The notes under the pieces: generated by a model
Seen by the model: only the letters and a program-made list of their open reading frames with translations
Told to the model about the DNA's origin: nothing
Databases searched by the model: none
Position numbers and translations under genes: made by a program
Shown: positions 18,211-26,658 of the stretch, one piece after another
Position numbering within the stretch: position 1 is the first letter of the stretch
How the letters are laid out: each line of letters starts with the position of its first letter
Source: a virus
Lineage: Duplodnaviria > Heunggongvirae > Uroviricota > Caudoviricetes
IMG/VR virus record: IMGVR_UViG_3300032053_000007
Reading direction: 5' to 3' (one strand)
DNA length: 64,000 bases

Positions 18211-18560
18211 GCAAATTTTTACGGGCATATCTAGTTCAGGGTAACAAGAAATATGAGGGGATTTCATCAGTCGATATGACAGTAAAAGTGAATGGTGGCG
18301 ACATTTGGGAAATCGAACTTAAAATAGATAACGCACAGAAATTATGTAAAGATTGTGATAATAACAAAATGTTCAGGCTTCATATAGAAAGTACATCAAT
18401 GAAGGATTCAAAACCAATGATTGAAACTACTACAGGGGAAATACTAATAACTGAGATTGAATTTTTATCACAAACTCAATGTCGTGTAAATGGAATCGCA
18501 TCTAATATACGTTGGGCTTCCAGAGAAGGAATCACTAGAGAAAAGGTGCAATTTACGTGA
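18207..18560 (+). CDS. small protein (117 aa, ...EKVQFT)
   Basis: ATG in ATGA overlap (track ORF 18165-18560). Confidence 0.5.
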   Translation: MSKFLRAYLVQGNKKYEGISSVDMTVKVNGGDIWEIELKIDNAQKLCKDCDNNKMFRLHIESTSMKDSKPMIETTTGEILITEIEFLSQTQCRVNGIASNIRWASREGITREKVQFT

Positions 18561-18685
18561 AGTCAAAGTTATTTGATAATTGGGATACAGAAATTCAATA
18601 CAAAGCTAGAGTAATAGATTGGATGCTTGTTGTTGCAATTTGGAGACAGAACAAACACAGAAGGGAAAAGGTGCAGTTTACTTGA
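18557..18685 (+). CDS. 42-aa mini-protein (GTG start, ...EKVQFT)
   Basis: GTGA and TTGA overlaps. Confidence 0.35.
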   Translation: MKSKLFDNWDTEIQYKARVIDWMLVVAIWRQNKHRREKVQFT

Positions 18686-18930
18686 ATGGTCGTGTTTTAA
18701 CCTGTTGTCTCGCGGTTGATTGTAGAAAAGAATCAGAGATTATTTTGTCATACAAAATGGTGCGAAGCGAAGGGAGCACTCGTGAATTTGCTACAAAAAT
18801 AACACATATATGCCACGATGAATTTTGTGAAGAACATGCTTATGAGTTCGGTATGTATTTTTCAAATTACTTAGGACTAAAAGTAAGAACAAAGAGAATA
18901 AATAGACCAGTAAAGGTGCAGTTTACATGA
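18682..18930 (+). CDS. small protein (...VKVQFT); paralog of 17099
   Basis: TTG start (track ORF 18619-18930). Confidence 0.5.
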   Translation: MNGRVLTCCLAVDCRKESEIILSYKMVRSEGSTREFATKITHICHDEFCEEHAYEFGMYFSNYLGLKVRTKRINRPVKVQFT

Positions 18931-19157
18931 AACGATGGTATCATAAAAAGTGTTGTTATTGCCATTGCAGTTTTATGTGTCACGGAGAATGTGGAATAGA
19001 ACTTAAAGCTAAACAAGAAACTGCTTGCTATTGTGGGGCTTGCATTCAAGAATTTGAGAGAGAGAAGGGTGGCAGAGAAATTGTCTCTGGAAAAGAGCGT
19101 TGTAGAAGTAGAATGGATTTTGGAATTGATGCAAAGGAGAAGGTGGAATTCACATAG
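18927..19157 (+). CDS. Cys-rich protein (...KVEFT, TAG stop)
   Basis: CCYCHC...CYCGAC; junction mutated to ACATAG. Confidence 0.5.
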   Translation: MKRWYHKKCCYCHCSFMCHGECGIELKAKQETACYCGACIQEFEREKGGREIVSGKERCRSRMDFGIDAKEKVEFT

Positions 19158-19201
19158 CTCTCAATACTTTTGGTTTAAAATTCAACTTCACTAAATGCCC
19201 T

Positions 19202-19405
19202 ATGTGCCATTCACGAAATATAGAAAAGAAAGAAGTATGTATGGAATGTAAAGATTGTCATGCTCAGTTTGTTCGAAGAGTACATCTTTTCGACAAAGAA
19301 TCATTGACGTGTATTTGGAATAGAAAAACAGATGGGACATATTTTGAGCATAGCAACAAAGTTTTTATAGTACCAGAGGACCCAGAGGTAGTGCAGTTCA
19401 CATGA
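19202..19405 (+). CDS. Zn-ribbon protein (...VVQFT); paralog of 16830 with lost coupled start
   Basis: Homology continues upstream in frame to 19154 with no start codon. Confidence 0.45.
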   Translation: MCHSRNIEKKEVCMECKDCHAQFVRRVHLFDKESLTCIWNRKTDGTYFEHSNKVFIVPEDPEVVQFT

Positions 19406-19692
19406 CTGTTTGGATTTGTCCGTTCTGTAAAAGTGAACTGATATTTACTGGAAAACGAAATGGCATAGGTTGGTTTGGAGATTTAGGCGCGAGTTTCTAT
19501 GCTTGTGAGTGCGGGCACAATATTATTAGCGAGGCATTCAAAAATGAAGATGGGACTCCAAAGATTTTCTATGATAATAAATGGGAACATCTTCTTAATG
19601 ACAAATGGAGATTTTATGATGAAAGGGATATGTGGGGAACGCCTAAAGATGTGCCGAAAGAATTAAAGAGAATAAAGGTGCAGTTTACTTGA
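19402..19692 (+). CDS. Zn-ribbon protein (...IKVQFT)
   Basis: CPFCKSE...CECGHN. Confidence 0.55.
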   Translation: MTVWICPFCKSELIFTGKRNGIGWFGDLGASFYACECGHNIISEAFKNEDGTPKIFYDNKWEHLLNDKWRFYDERDMWGTPKDVPKELKRIKVQFT

Positions 19693-19868
19693 CTGAATAT
19701 AAATGTACTTGTTGCACACTTACCAAAGGATGCATATTACGGACTAACAAACATGGAGAAATTTTTTGCACTCATGGTGGTAAAAGTATCAAAATTCCAA
19801 TTGAAAGGGAAATAAAACGTGGGGATTTAAAAGTGATAATACCGAGAGAGGTAGTGCAATTCACATGA
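19689..19868 (+). CDS. Cys-rich mini-protein (58 aa, ...VVQFT)
   Basis: TTGA and ATGA overlaps. Confidence 0.4.
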   Translation: MTEYKCTCCTLTKGCILRTNKHGEIFCTHGGKSIKIPIEREIKRGDLKVIIPREVVQFT

Positions 19869-20104
19869 GAGCTAATTGGCTTAAAGGTAGAAAATGTGAC
19901 CGTTGTGGAAAAGAATCTGAATTGGTTTTAGGCAAATTTGAACATTTTCTTTGCAGAGAATGTAGTACAGAATGGGGTAATTTTATACAACCATTTCTTT
20001 CCAAACTTCATGATGTAGCGAGAACTCCTAAATGGTCTGAATTATGGGAAAAAATTTACGCCAAGTTTTTGGCTGAATGGATAGAGAAGGTACAATTCAC
20101 TTGA
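19865..20104 (+). CDS. Zn-ribbon protein, CxxC...LCxxC..W..F family (...KVQFT)
   Basis: CDRCGKE...CREC. Confidence 0.55.
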   Translation: MRANWLKGRKCDRCGKESELVLGKFEHFLCRECSTEWGNFIQPFLSKLHDVARTPKWSELWEKIYAKFLAEWIEKVQFT

Positions 20105-20385
20105 CCGAAGAAATAAATCTTGAAAACCTCATTATTAAGGTGCGAAAAAGTACGCCTAAAAATCATAGACGAGCAAAAATTTGGGTTAAAAAAGGTTCGG
20201 CTAAAGTGGAGATTACTGACCAAGAAAAGTGGCTTAATGTAGAAGATATGTGTTGCGTTCTTAATCACGAGTTTCTTCATTGGATAATTACAAATATGAC
20301 AAAAACAAGACCTAAACAATATGACAAATACTTAGAGAGTCTTGGATTGTACTACCACGAAATATTAAGGGAAATATGGCAATAA
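20101..20385 (+). CDS. small HExxH motif protein
   Basis: TTG start in TTGA overlap; LNHEFLHWII. Confidence 0.45.
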   Translation: MTEEINLENLIIKVRKSTPKNHRRAKIWVKKGSAKVEITDQEKWLNVEDMCCVLNHEFLHWIITNMTKTRPKQYDKYLESLGLYYHEILREIWQ

Positions 20386-20564
20386 GGGTAGTGAATAAGA
20401 TACCATTTGAAGAGATAAAGGAACGTGCAAAATGTAAGGAATGTTTAAGGGAAGAATACTGCAAGCGTATTCCAGTAAACGACCTTATCGTTCAGGCAAT
20501 AAAGGAGAATGGCAAGTGCCCAGACTTTATTACAACAGCTTCCCCGCCACCCGCTTCCTTCTGA
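20376..20564 (+). CDS. small Cys-containing protein
   Basis: Last gene of array 1a. Confidence 0.4.
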   Translation: MAIRVVNKIPFEEIKERAKCKECLREEYCKRIPVNDLIVQAIKENGKCPDFITTASPPPASF

Positions 20565-20978
20565 GCATATACCAACTTTCTCTGGGATAGTCCCCTACCC
20601 CTAGCTCCCCTAGACGTTCAAAACTCCCTGAAAAAAAGACGTTTTCAGTTATTTTCTTTTCTCGAATCCTTAGTAAATCTAAATCGAAATGCTCAGGAAA
20701 TAGGAAATAAAAATAATACCAAAATAACAATCATAACAGAAATCACAAAGTTCGCCGACCAAAATCAAATTTTCGCCTGCGCGCCGCCTATGTGTGGGTA
20801 TGTGGTTTCAAAAAGTGTGACCGATGGTTTTTTCCTAAAGGTTTTTCTGCGTTACCCTTTTCCGTGTTTCCGTCTGGGTCACTTTCGAGGTTACGGTTAG
20901 TGTAACTTTCTGTGTCATTGAAAGTTCAACTCTTCCTTATATAATACGAGTTGCACCATATAAACCTTTCGGTAGTTA

Positions 20979-20994
20979 TTAATCAACTGATTAA
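20979..20994. promoter_or_regulatory. palindromic site TTAATCAACTGATTAA
   Basis: Perfect inverted repeat. Confidence 0.5.
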
Positions 20995-21310
20995 AAGTTT
21001 GGGGCATGGAGCCGAGGGGGTGGAAAAAAGCCATCTGACCCCCGAACTGAATCGAACTCGGCAATACGAGCAAATTTCGGGGCGATTTGGCTCCCGCCCT
21101 TTCCCACCGAGAAAATTTCCCATAGGGTGAGTTTCGAACTGAGTCGAATTTCCGAAAACGAGCAAATTTCGAGGCAGATAATTTTTACAGGTCTCGCAAA
21201 TGACCATCACTTTTTTGCTGGTTGGGGATGTTTGTATGGAGAGAATGGCTTTCGAAATTTTTCGAAGTGCCAAAAAAGCTCCCAACCCTGCTGGTCATGG
21301 AAACCGAATG

Positions 21311-21326
21311 TTTAATCAACTGATTA
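21311..21326. promoter_or_regulatory. palindromic site TTAATCAACTGATTAA
   Basis: Perfect inverted repeat. Confidence 0.5.
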
Positions 21327-21392
21327 AAATAGTTCCTTTTATGACCTTCGGCATGGAGAAGTCCATGCAAACCAGCGATACTCATAGGGTTT

Positions 21393-21430
21393 TGAGCATG
21401 GGAGTTCTTACTAAACCTTTATATAGGGGA
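21393..21430 (+). promoter_or_regulatory. conserved promoter module driving array 1b
   Basis: TTGAGCATGGGAGTTCTTACTAAACC-TTTATATA-GGGG. Confidence 0.5.
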
Positions 21431-21459
21431 AAGCTATATCTCTAGGTAGTGACCGATTA

Positions 21460-21681
21460 ATGGGAAAAGTTAGAGATACAATGAAGCAGATAGGAATCAG
21501 GAACAGACCGAAAACCAATCTCGATAATGCTCAATGTCTCATTCAATGGGTTGCAAAGAAACACCCAAAAGTCTTAACTGAATATCTTGACTCCGAATTT
21601 TTCAAGATTCTAACGAGAACAAACCAATACGTTAGCGTCATGGAAGCAATGCACTTTCTTGATACAGGGAAGGATGAATAA
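21460..21681 (+). CDS. hypothetical protein (73 aa)
   Basis: Track ORF. Confidence 0.45.
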   Translation: MGKVRDTMKQIGIRNRPKTNLDNAQCLIQWVAKKHPKVLTEYLDSEFFKILTRTNQYVSVMEAMHFLDTGKDE

Positions 21682-22337
21682 TGATTGAGGAAAAGAGAAA
21701 GAAAATTATAGTTACAATGGAACGGTTGCAAGACCTTCACCATTTAGCTATTCGACACCCGTTTCGTGTGAGTAGAAAAGGTACAACAGATGAATATTAT
21801 GACGTTCTTGATGAACTCGGTGAAGTTTTTCTAGCGTTAGTAAAGAAGTCTTTCGAGAACTCGGACATACCTTATCCGTGGTATCCGACAGGTAGATGGA
21901 TTTGGTCACACCAATATTGGTCATGCCTTCTTTCTCTCAGAGGGGAGATTGACGCTCAAACACCCGAATACATGGAAACTGTCGAACATTACCTAAATAC
22001 AATTCATCAATTCATGGAAAGAGAAAAACTCGAATCTTTCTATATGCACTCTGGTTATTCAACTTATGACAAGAAACAGCATGAAGAAAATCCCATGCGA
22101 AGTATGTTGTATGTCTATTATCCGAAAAGTAAAAGATGGGATTTGACAAAGTTCTGGGCTGAACGGGAATTGGAATATTGGAAGAAAGAACTAGCCGATG
22201 ATTTGGAACAAGTCAGGAAAGCAAAAAAAGATAAGGGACAATTCGTAAAAGTAAACGTCAACTATTATGAACGAAACACATATTACGATAGAAGAAGAAT
22301 AAAGGAATTGAAGGAGATAATAAATGGTGAAGCATAG
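21681..22337 (+). CDS. hypothetical protein (218 aa)
   Basis: Track ORF; TAATG overlap. Confidence 0.5.
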   Translation: MIEEKRKKIIVTMERLQDLHHLAIRHPFRVSRKGTTDEYYDVLDELGEVFLALVKKSFENSDIPYPWYPTGRWIWSHQYWSCLLSLRGEIDAQTPEYMETVEHYLNTIHQFMEREKLESFYMHSGYSTYDKKQHEENPMRSMLYVYYPKSKRWDLTKFWAERELEYWKKELADDLEQVRKAKKDKGQFVKVNVNYYERNTYYDRRRIKELKEIINGEA

Positions 22338-22427
22338 ATTCATTCCGCGTCCTTTCATTGAGGACGATGAACGCCCGACTAGACCGATGCCTCACGGGAA
22401 TCCATTCGACTTAGGAGAACTTGATTA

Positions 22428-22661
22428 ATGCCTAAGAAATTCTACGCGCGTTGTGGTTTGTGCAAGAAAAACTTTGCAACAAAGAGAGGCGTTGATACTC
22501 ATTTTAAAAGTGAAGAACATCTCAGACGACTTGCAAGATGGTATGAACTTTGTACGGAAGGTAAAGAAAAAGGATTCACTTATATTTTAGGAAACATGGA
22601 AGGAAGTGCAAAGGAAGTTCTTGCAGAAGAGGAACGTCCAGAAGTTGTTAGCTTTGACTAA
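22428..22661 (+). CDS. C2H2-like Zn-finger protein (...VVSFD)
   Basis: CGLCKKNF...HFKSEEH. Confidence 0.5.
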   Translation: MPKKFYARCGLCKKNFATKRGVDTHFKSEEHLRRLARWYELCTEGKEKGFTYILGNMEGSAKEVLAEEERPEVVSFD

Positions 22662-22893
22662 AAGAAACTGTGAGAAATGTGGACGAGTTTTCACGGTGAC
22701 AGAAGATAAACTAAAATATCCTCATTCTATAGACGCTATTCTTTGTGGTTCTTGTCTAAGAAAATGGCTAGAGTTTTTTGCTGACCATAATACATTTTTT
22801 GTTGCTAAATATCCTAAGAAAATAAACCCAACTTGGGAAGTATTTAAGGGGAAAATTGCAGACTATACTAGAGAGAAGGTTGTGTTCACTTGA
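22654..22893 (+). CDS. Zn-ribbon protein (...KVVFT)
   Basis: TTG start (track ORF 22606-22893); CEKCG...CGSC. Confidence 0.45.
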   Translation: MTKRNCEKCGRVFTVTEDKLKYPHSIDAILCGSCLRKWLEFFADHNTFFVAKYPKKINPTWEVFKGKIADYTREKVVFT

Positions 22894-23078
22894 CGACTTG
22901 GCAAATTGTTAAGTGTGACGTTTGCGGACGGTCTTATGAACAATACGGGGACGCTCACGATATTGGTGAACAAAACTTCTGCTGTGAACATTGCCTCTGG
23001 ACAGCAGTTAGTAATAGTGGAGAACCACAACCTAGACATACTTGCATAGAGGTAAAGGAAAAGGTGAACTTTACTTGA
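22890..23078 (+). CDS. Zn-ribbon protein (...KVNFT)
   Basis: CDVCG...CCEHC. Confidence 0.5.
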   Translation: MTTWQIVKCDVCGRSYEQYGDAHDIGEQNFCCEHCLWTAVSNSGEPQPRHTCIEVKEKVNFT

Positions 23079-23263
23079 GTGGTTTATCAATTAATCGTGG
23101 TTGCTTCAACTGTAAGAAATACAAAAATTGTCGTGGTTCCATAGATAGTGAAAAAGGAATAGACCCAAAAGAAATTCAGAAAGGTAGAAATAATATACCT
23201 TATCGTGCTGGCTGTTGTTGCCAAAATTACGAGTTTGTCAAAGAAAAGGTGCTGTTCACATGA
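23075..23263 (+). CDS. Cys-rich protein (...KVLFT); paralog of 46391
   Basis: GCFNC...GCCCQNYEF. Confidence 0.5.
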   Translation: MSGLSINRGCFNCKKYKNCRGSIDSEKGIDPKEIQKGRNNIPYRAGCCCQNYEFVKEKVLFT

Positions 23264-23535
23264 TTTGTGCTAAATGCGGAAAGGAAAACGGAAAAGCCAC
23301 GATGTTTAGGGAAACGGGGACAACCAACATTCTTAAACTAAATCCTGTATTTTATATTGGTGCTGATTGTGGTTGTTTTTGGAAGTGGTTGAAATTTCTT
23401 AAAGAGAAAGACCCAAATATCAAAATTGAAAAGAAAAGATGGGGCGCGTCTATAATATTTTCAAAGGGAATAGGTGAAGCAAACGAATTAGCCAAAGAGT
23501 TCGCGGACGATTTTGTGAAGGTGCAATTCACTTGA
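23260..23535 (+). CDS. Zn-binding protein (...VKVQFT)
   Basis: ATG in ATGA overlap; CAKCGKENGK. Confidence 0.5.
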   Translation: MICAKCGKENGKATMFRETGTTNILKLNPVFYIGADCGCFWKWLKFLKEKDPNIKIEKKRWGASIIFSKGIGEANELAKEFADDFVKVQFT

Positions 23536-23735
23536 AATGCCAAATTCCGATGTGCAATAAAGAAGCTGTAAAAGAAGTTCACGTTTACAAAAAGGTGAAC
23601 AGAGTAGAAATAATTTTTCTTTGTGAAGAACATTTTAAACAAGAAAATAAATGGCTCAGATATAAGAATATACAGCGAGAGATTTTCGACTTGAAACCTA
23701 AAGTGGATGATAGAATAAGGGTGCAATTTACTTGA
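23532..23735 (+). CDS. small protein (...RVQFT)
   Basis: TTG start; junction motif. Confidence 0.5.
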   Translation: MKCQIPMCNKEAVKEVHVYKKVNRVEIIFLCEEHFKQENKWLRYKNIQREIFDLKPKVDDRIRVQFT

Positions 23736-23968
23736 AACCGAAAAATAGACAAAACGTAAAATGTCCTAAATGTGGAAACGGATGGAATGAATGGGGATTT
23801 GCTTTTGAGCAAAAAGACATAAAATGGGTTCCGAACGGACATAAATTCTTAATGGGATATAAAGTTGTTGAAGGACACGACCCTTATCCTCTTAAAGTAA
23901 CTTGCAAGAAATGTGGTAAAGTTTTCAGAATAGAGTATGTTGATAAGGAAAAGGTCGAGTTCACTTGA
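23732..23968 (+). CDS. Zn-ribbon protein (...KVEFT)
   Basis: CPKCGN...CKKCGK. Confidence 0.55.
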   Translation: MKPKNRQNVKCPKCGNGWNEWGFAFEQKDIKWVPNGHKFLMGYKVVEGHDPYPLKVTCKKCGKVFRIEYVDKEKVEFT

Positions 23969-24288
23969 CTTACTATTGTCCCTTCTGCAAACAAAAAATG
24001 TTTCATCAACCGAACAACCAAAGCGTAACTCAAGACGAAAAACTGAAAGCCAAAGTTGGAGACACTTTCAAATGTAGTTGCAGTATTTTTCAAGAAGATT
24101 CAGACGGGCAAGTTTACCAACTAAATTCGTGGAAACTTGAAAATGATGGATGGTATCATTTCGGCTCAACAAACGGCAAACCAATTAGAGAACATTTTCA
24201 CATGCACAACGAAAATGAGTGGGTAAAAATTTGTGGCAGAACTAGCGAACCATTTGATACACTTCCAGAGGTTGTGAGTTTTACTTGA
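23965..24288 (+). CDS. Zn-binding protein (...VVSFT)
   Basis: CPFCKQ. Confidence 0.5.
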   Translation: MTYYCPFCKQKMFHQPNNQSVTQDEKLKAKVGDTFKCSCSIFQEDSDGQVYQLNSWKLENDGWYHFGSTNGKPIREHFHMHNENEWVKICGRTSEPFDTLPEVVSFT

Positions 24289-24443
24289 GCAAAAGAATCA
24301 CTATGAGTATAGACTACGCTGACATTCAGAAAGCCATAGAAATAATGGAGAAAGACGGGTTCTTGGTTGCTATTAGAGGAGATAAAATGATTGTCATGGG
24401 AAAACCAATAAAGGATACAAAGGAGAAGGTACAGTTTACATGA
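24285..24443 (+). CDS. 52-aa mini-protein (...EKVQFT)
   Basis: TTGA and ATGA overlaps. Confidence 0.4.
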   Translation: MSKRITMSIDYADIQKAIEIMEKDGFLVAIRGDKMIVMGKPIKDTKEKVQFT

Positions 24444-24580
24444 CCGAACTTCCAGAACATAAGTGCAAAGGTTGTCAAATGGATTGTTGGGGCAAAGAAT
24501 GGGACGATGAGAAGAAACAATATTTCTGTATAGCTGACGGATTTTATATTCAACAGAAAGAAAGAGTTGAGTTTACTTGA
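24440..24580 (+). CDS. 46-aa Cys mini-protein (...RVEFT)
   Basis: CKGC...C. Confidence 0.4.
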   Translation: MTELPEHKCKGCQMDCWGKEWDDEKKQYFCIADGFYIQQKERVEFT

Positions 24581-24870
24581 CAGACCTGAAAATTTGTTCT
24601 GTTTGTAATGAGGAAAAGACATGCCATTCTATTGCCCCATATACTATATGTAAAGATTGTTTTTCAAAATGGACACACTTTCTTGACAAAGGAAGTAGAA
24701 TACAAAGATTAAATGATGCTCGTAAAAATTATAACAATAGTGCAAAATTTGGAAATGATAACGATGAGGGTGAAAAAGCGTGGAAAGAATTCAGCGAAAT
24801 TTGGAACAAATATTTTGAAGAGTTTTTGAAAAACATAGAAACCAGAAAAGAGAAGGTTGCATTTACATGA
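24577..24870 (+). CDS. Zn-ribbon protein, CxxC...CxxC..W..F family (...KVAFT)
   Basis: CSVCNE...CKDCFSKW. Confidence 0.55.
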   Translation: MTDLKICSVCNEEKTCHSIAPYTICKDCFSKWTHFLDKGSRIQRLNDARKNYNNSAKFGNDNDEGEKAWKEFSEIWNKYFEEFLKNIETRKEKVAFT

Positions 24871-25013
24871 ATGCCAAAATCACTATGGCTTATACAGGAT
24901 TAACGTGTGACGGATGCGGAAGAAAACAGATTGTGGTAGTTCTTAAAGGAAGAAAGTGGCTTTGTTATGACTGTATGCACAAAATGGACGTGGAGAAAGT
25001 AACCTTTACTTGA
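24867..25013 (+). CDS. 48-aa Zn-ribbon mini-protein (...EKVTFT)
   Basis: CDGCG...CYDC; stop inside the TGAGCATGG module. Confidence 0.45.
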   Translation: MNAKITMAYTGLTCDGCGRKQIVVVLKGRKWLCYDCMHKMDVEKVTFT

Positions 25014-25046
25014 GCATGGTTCTTCTACCACAACCTTTATATAGTA
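25011..25046 (+). promoter_or_regulatory. terminator/promoter module after array 1
   Basis: TGAGCATGGTTCTTCTACCACAACC-TTTATATA. Confidence 0.45.
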
Positions 25047-25369
25047 GTTTGCACATACTACTTCTCAGCTATGGGTGATAGCATGGAAAACTACACCACA
25101 ACGAATCGTCTGAATGCTAGAATAGGACTTGAAACAACGATTACTGTTTCCATTATATATATTTAATGAATTGGTATATAGAATTAAAATGCGTGTAGAA
25201 AGAAACACGTACTTCTAGCCTAATCGTGCCCGTCCCGTTCAAGTGGACGAAGCGAAACCCCCTAACGGCTGTTCCGTTTTGGATGTTTCATTTTCAATTT
25301 TTCTACGTTAGTTTTTTTTCGAATGCTCAAAATTTTGCGCGAGCGCGACTCACCCGATTTTTCGAATTT

Positions 25370-25385
25370 TTAATCAGTTGATTAA
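25370..25385. promoter_or_regulatory. palindromic site TTAATCAGTTGATTAA
   Basis: Perfect inverted repeat. Confidence 0.5.
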
Positions 25386-25420
25386 TTATCCTATATTGTC
25401 CATGCAATATACGACCACGG

Positions 25421-25436
25421 TTAATCACCTGATTAA
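25421..25436. promoter_or_regulatory. palindromic site TTAATCACCTGATTAA
   Basis: Perfect inverted repeat. Confidence 0.5.
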
Positions 25437-25763
25437 AATTCTAAAATATAATTTTAATATTTTTTATATCTATGTCCTTTTGTCAAACGGGGCATTCTTA
25501 TGGCTTCTCTGGGCAATCGGATAGTTATTTTAATCCATAAAATCCTAAATAATTATATTTTCTTTTCGAAAATTGTTCGAATAGTCTATGGTAAAAGTAT
25601 GGACTTTTTGATGTTTCGAACTAACTCCGAAATCTATCAAGGATTATATTTAGGATTTATGGAATAGTTTATAACCTATGGGAAAAGACCATGAAAAATT
25701 ATATAACAGTCCCATTAAATCTTAAATTTAATTCATATACTTTTTCGAACTAACTTCGAAACT

Positions 25764-25800
25764 GAGCATGGCAATTCTTAGGGAAAGTTTATAAGGGACA
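25764..25800 (+). promoter_or_regulatory. conserved promoter module
   Basis: CTGAGCATGGCAATTCTTAGGGAAAG-TTTATAAG-GGACA. Confidence 0.5.
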
Positions 25801-25827
25801 TTGCTATCTTAGTGTGTAGTGATTGAA

Positions 25828-26235
25828 ATGAACGACAAGAAATCAACTCAAGTCGTAGTAAAAACCTATGGAACTTCGTGGATAACTTCGCTGATTATCG
25901 CACTCATAGTCGGTGCTGTCGGCTTTCTAATTACGTCAAGCATACAAGGATTCATAGTCGGCTTCGTTATGGTTTTCCTGACTGAACTCATAATGCTGGC
26001 TTCGCTTATTCCCTACGTTGGCATATATCTCTATTGGGTCTGGGCGATACAACTAAATCAATTACTGATTAGTCTGGGAAACTTTACAACTGCACAAACA
26101 GCAACCTTCACAAACTTGCTAATCTATGCCCCATTGATTTACTGCCTGATTATCGGAATAATTCTTTTTGCCGTTTCAACACTCGTAGTCACGGTGTTCA
26201 TAGGAGCTTTGATAGGAGCATTGCTATCTCGATGA
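25828..26235 (+). CDS. integral membrane protein (4 TM helices)
   Basis: GTGATTGAAATG start context; hydrophobic throughout. Confidence 0.55.
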   Translation: MNDKKSTQVVVKTYGTSWITSLIIALIVGAVGFLITSSIQGFIVGFVMVFLTELIMLASLIPYVGIYLYWVWAIQLNQLLISLGNFTTAQTATFTNLLIYAPLIYCLIIGIILFAVSTLVVTVFIGALIGALLSR

Positions 26236-26429
26236 ACACGATAAAAACCAAAAAACTTCACCTTTTTTTAGAAGGAAAGAAAATAAAACAAACGTCCGAA
26301 GAAAAAGAATGGGAAGCACATGAAGCTGGATTTTCAGAGGGTTATGACGCTGGCGCGGACGATTTTGAAGAGGTTGCAAGACGTAAAGCAAAACTTAGAG
26401 CAAAAGGAATCCCCGTGATGCACGATTAA
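26232..26429 (+). CDS. small acidic protein (65 aa)
   Basis: ATGA overlap. Confidence 0.4.
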   Translation: MNTIKTKKLHLFLEGKKIKQTSEEKEWEAHEAGFSEGYDAGADDFEEVARRKAKLRAKGIPVMHD

Positions 26430-26431
26430 TC

Positions 26432-26468
26432 GAGCATGGACGTTCTAACGCAAAGTTTATAAGTCACA
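26432..26468 (+). promoter_or_regulatory. conserved promoter module
   Basis: CGAGCATGGACGTTCTAACGCAAAG-TTTATAAG. Confidence 0.5.
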
Positions 26469-26498
26469 TTGAGATAGTATAGAAGTAAAGTGATTGAA

Positions 26499-26657
26499 AT
26501 GGTTGACAGAGATACGAAAAAGATAGATACCAAGTCCGAGAAGATTTGGATAACACAAATTCAACAAAGACATGGCTACGATACGTTAGTCACGATGCTT
26601 GTTCCAAACCCGAATTTGGGTGGAAAAAAGAACAAACGAAAACGTAGAGAAGATTAG
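26499..26657 (+). CDS. small basic protein (52 aa)
   Basis: GTGATTGAAATG start context. Confidence 0.35.
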   Translation: MVDRDTKKIDTKSEKIWITQIQQRHGYDTLVTMLVPNPNLGGKKNKRKRRED

Positions 26658-26658
26658 A

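Larger units (their letters stand above)
15911..20564 (+). repeat. array 1a: about 21 tandem coupled tiny genes, each ending in the junction GARAAGGTGCARTTYACNTGA
   Basis: Repeat recurs every 100-390 nt; every stop overlaps the next start. Confidence 0.8.
20565..21392. repeat. ORF-free repeat island
   Basis: CCCTACCCC, CGCCTGCGCGCCGCCTATGTGTG, GTAACTTTCTGTGTCATTGAAAGTTCAAC, roughly 40-bp direct repeat GAACTGARTCGAA...CGAGCAAATTTCG ×2, two palindromic sites. Confidence 0.5.
22428..25013 (+). repeat. array 1b: about 14 coupled tiny genes bounded by the junction motif
   Basis: Same 21-nt junction repeat. Confidence 0.8.
25047..25763. repeat. AT-rich ORF-free region with inverted repeats and TTCGAA-rich motifs
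   Basis: CCATAAAATCCTAAATAATTAT inverted against GGATTATATTTAGGATTTATGG; two palindromic sites. Confidence 0.45.

Noticed and set aside
23352-24622. Minus-strand track ORFs antisense to the arrays (for example 23352-23726, 23585-23842, 23884-24093, 24326-24622, 39710-40051)
   Set aside because: They overlap the strongly patterned plus-strand genes throughout. Their own translations read through the plus-strand junction as VNCT, and they lack promoters or SD sequences.
15911-25013. CRISPR array or integron cassette array as explanation for the regularly spaced 21-nt repeat
   Set aside because: The spacers are 100-390 nt and fully coding in one frame. The repeat is not palindromic and is translated (EKVQFT), so it has neither CRISPR nor attC-like structure. 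A coupled multigene array explains it better.
15911-25013. Arrays encoding a polyprotein cleaved at the conserved -KVQFT site
   Set aside because: Every unit ends in an in-frame TGA, TAA or TAG and restarts with ATG, TTG or GTG in a shifted overlap (NTGA), so continuous translation is not possible.
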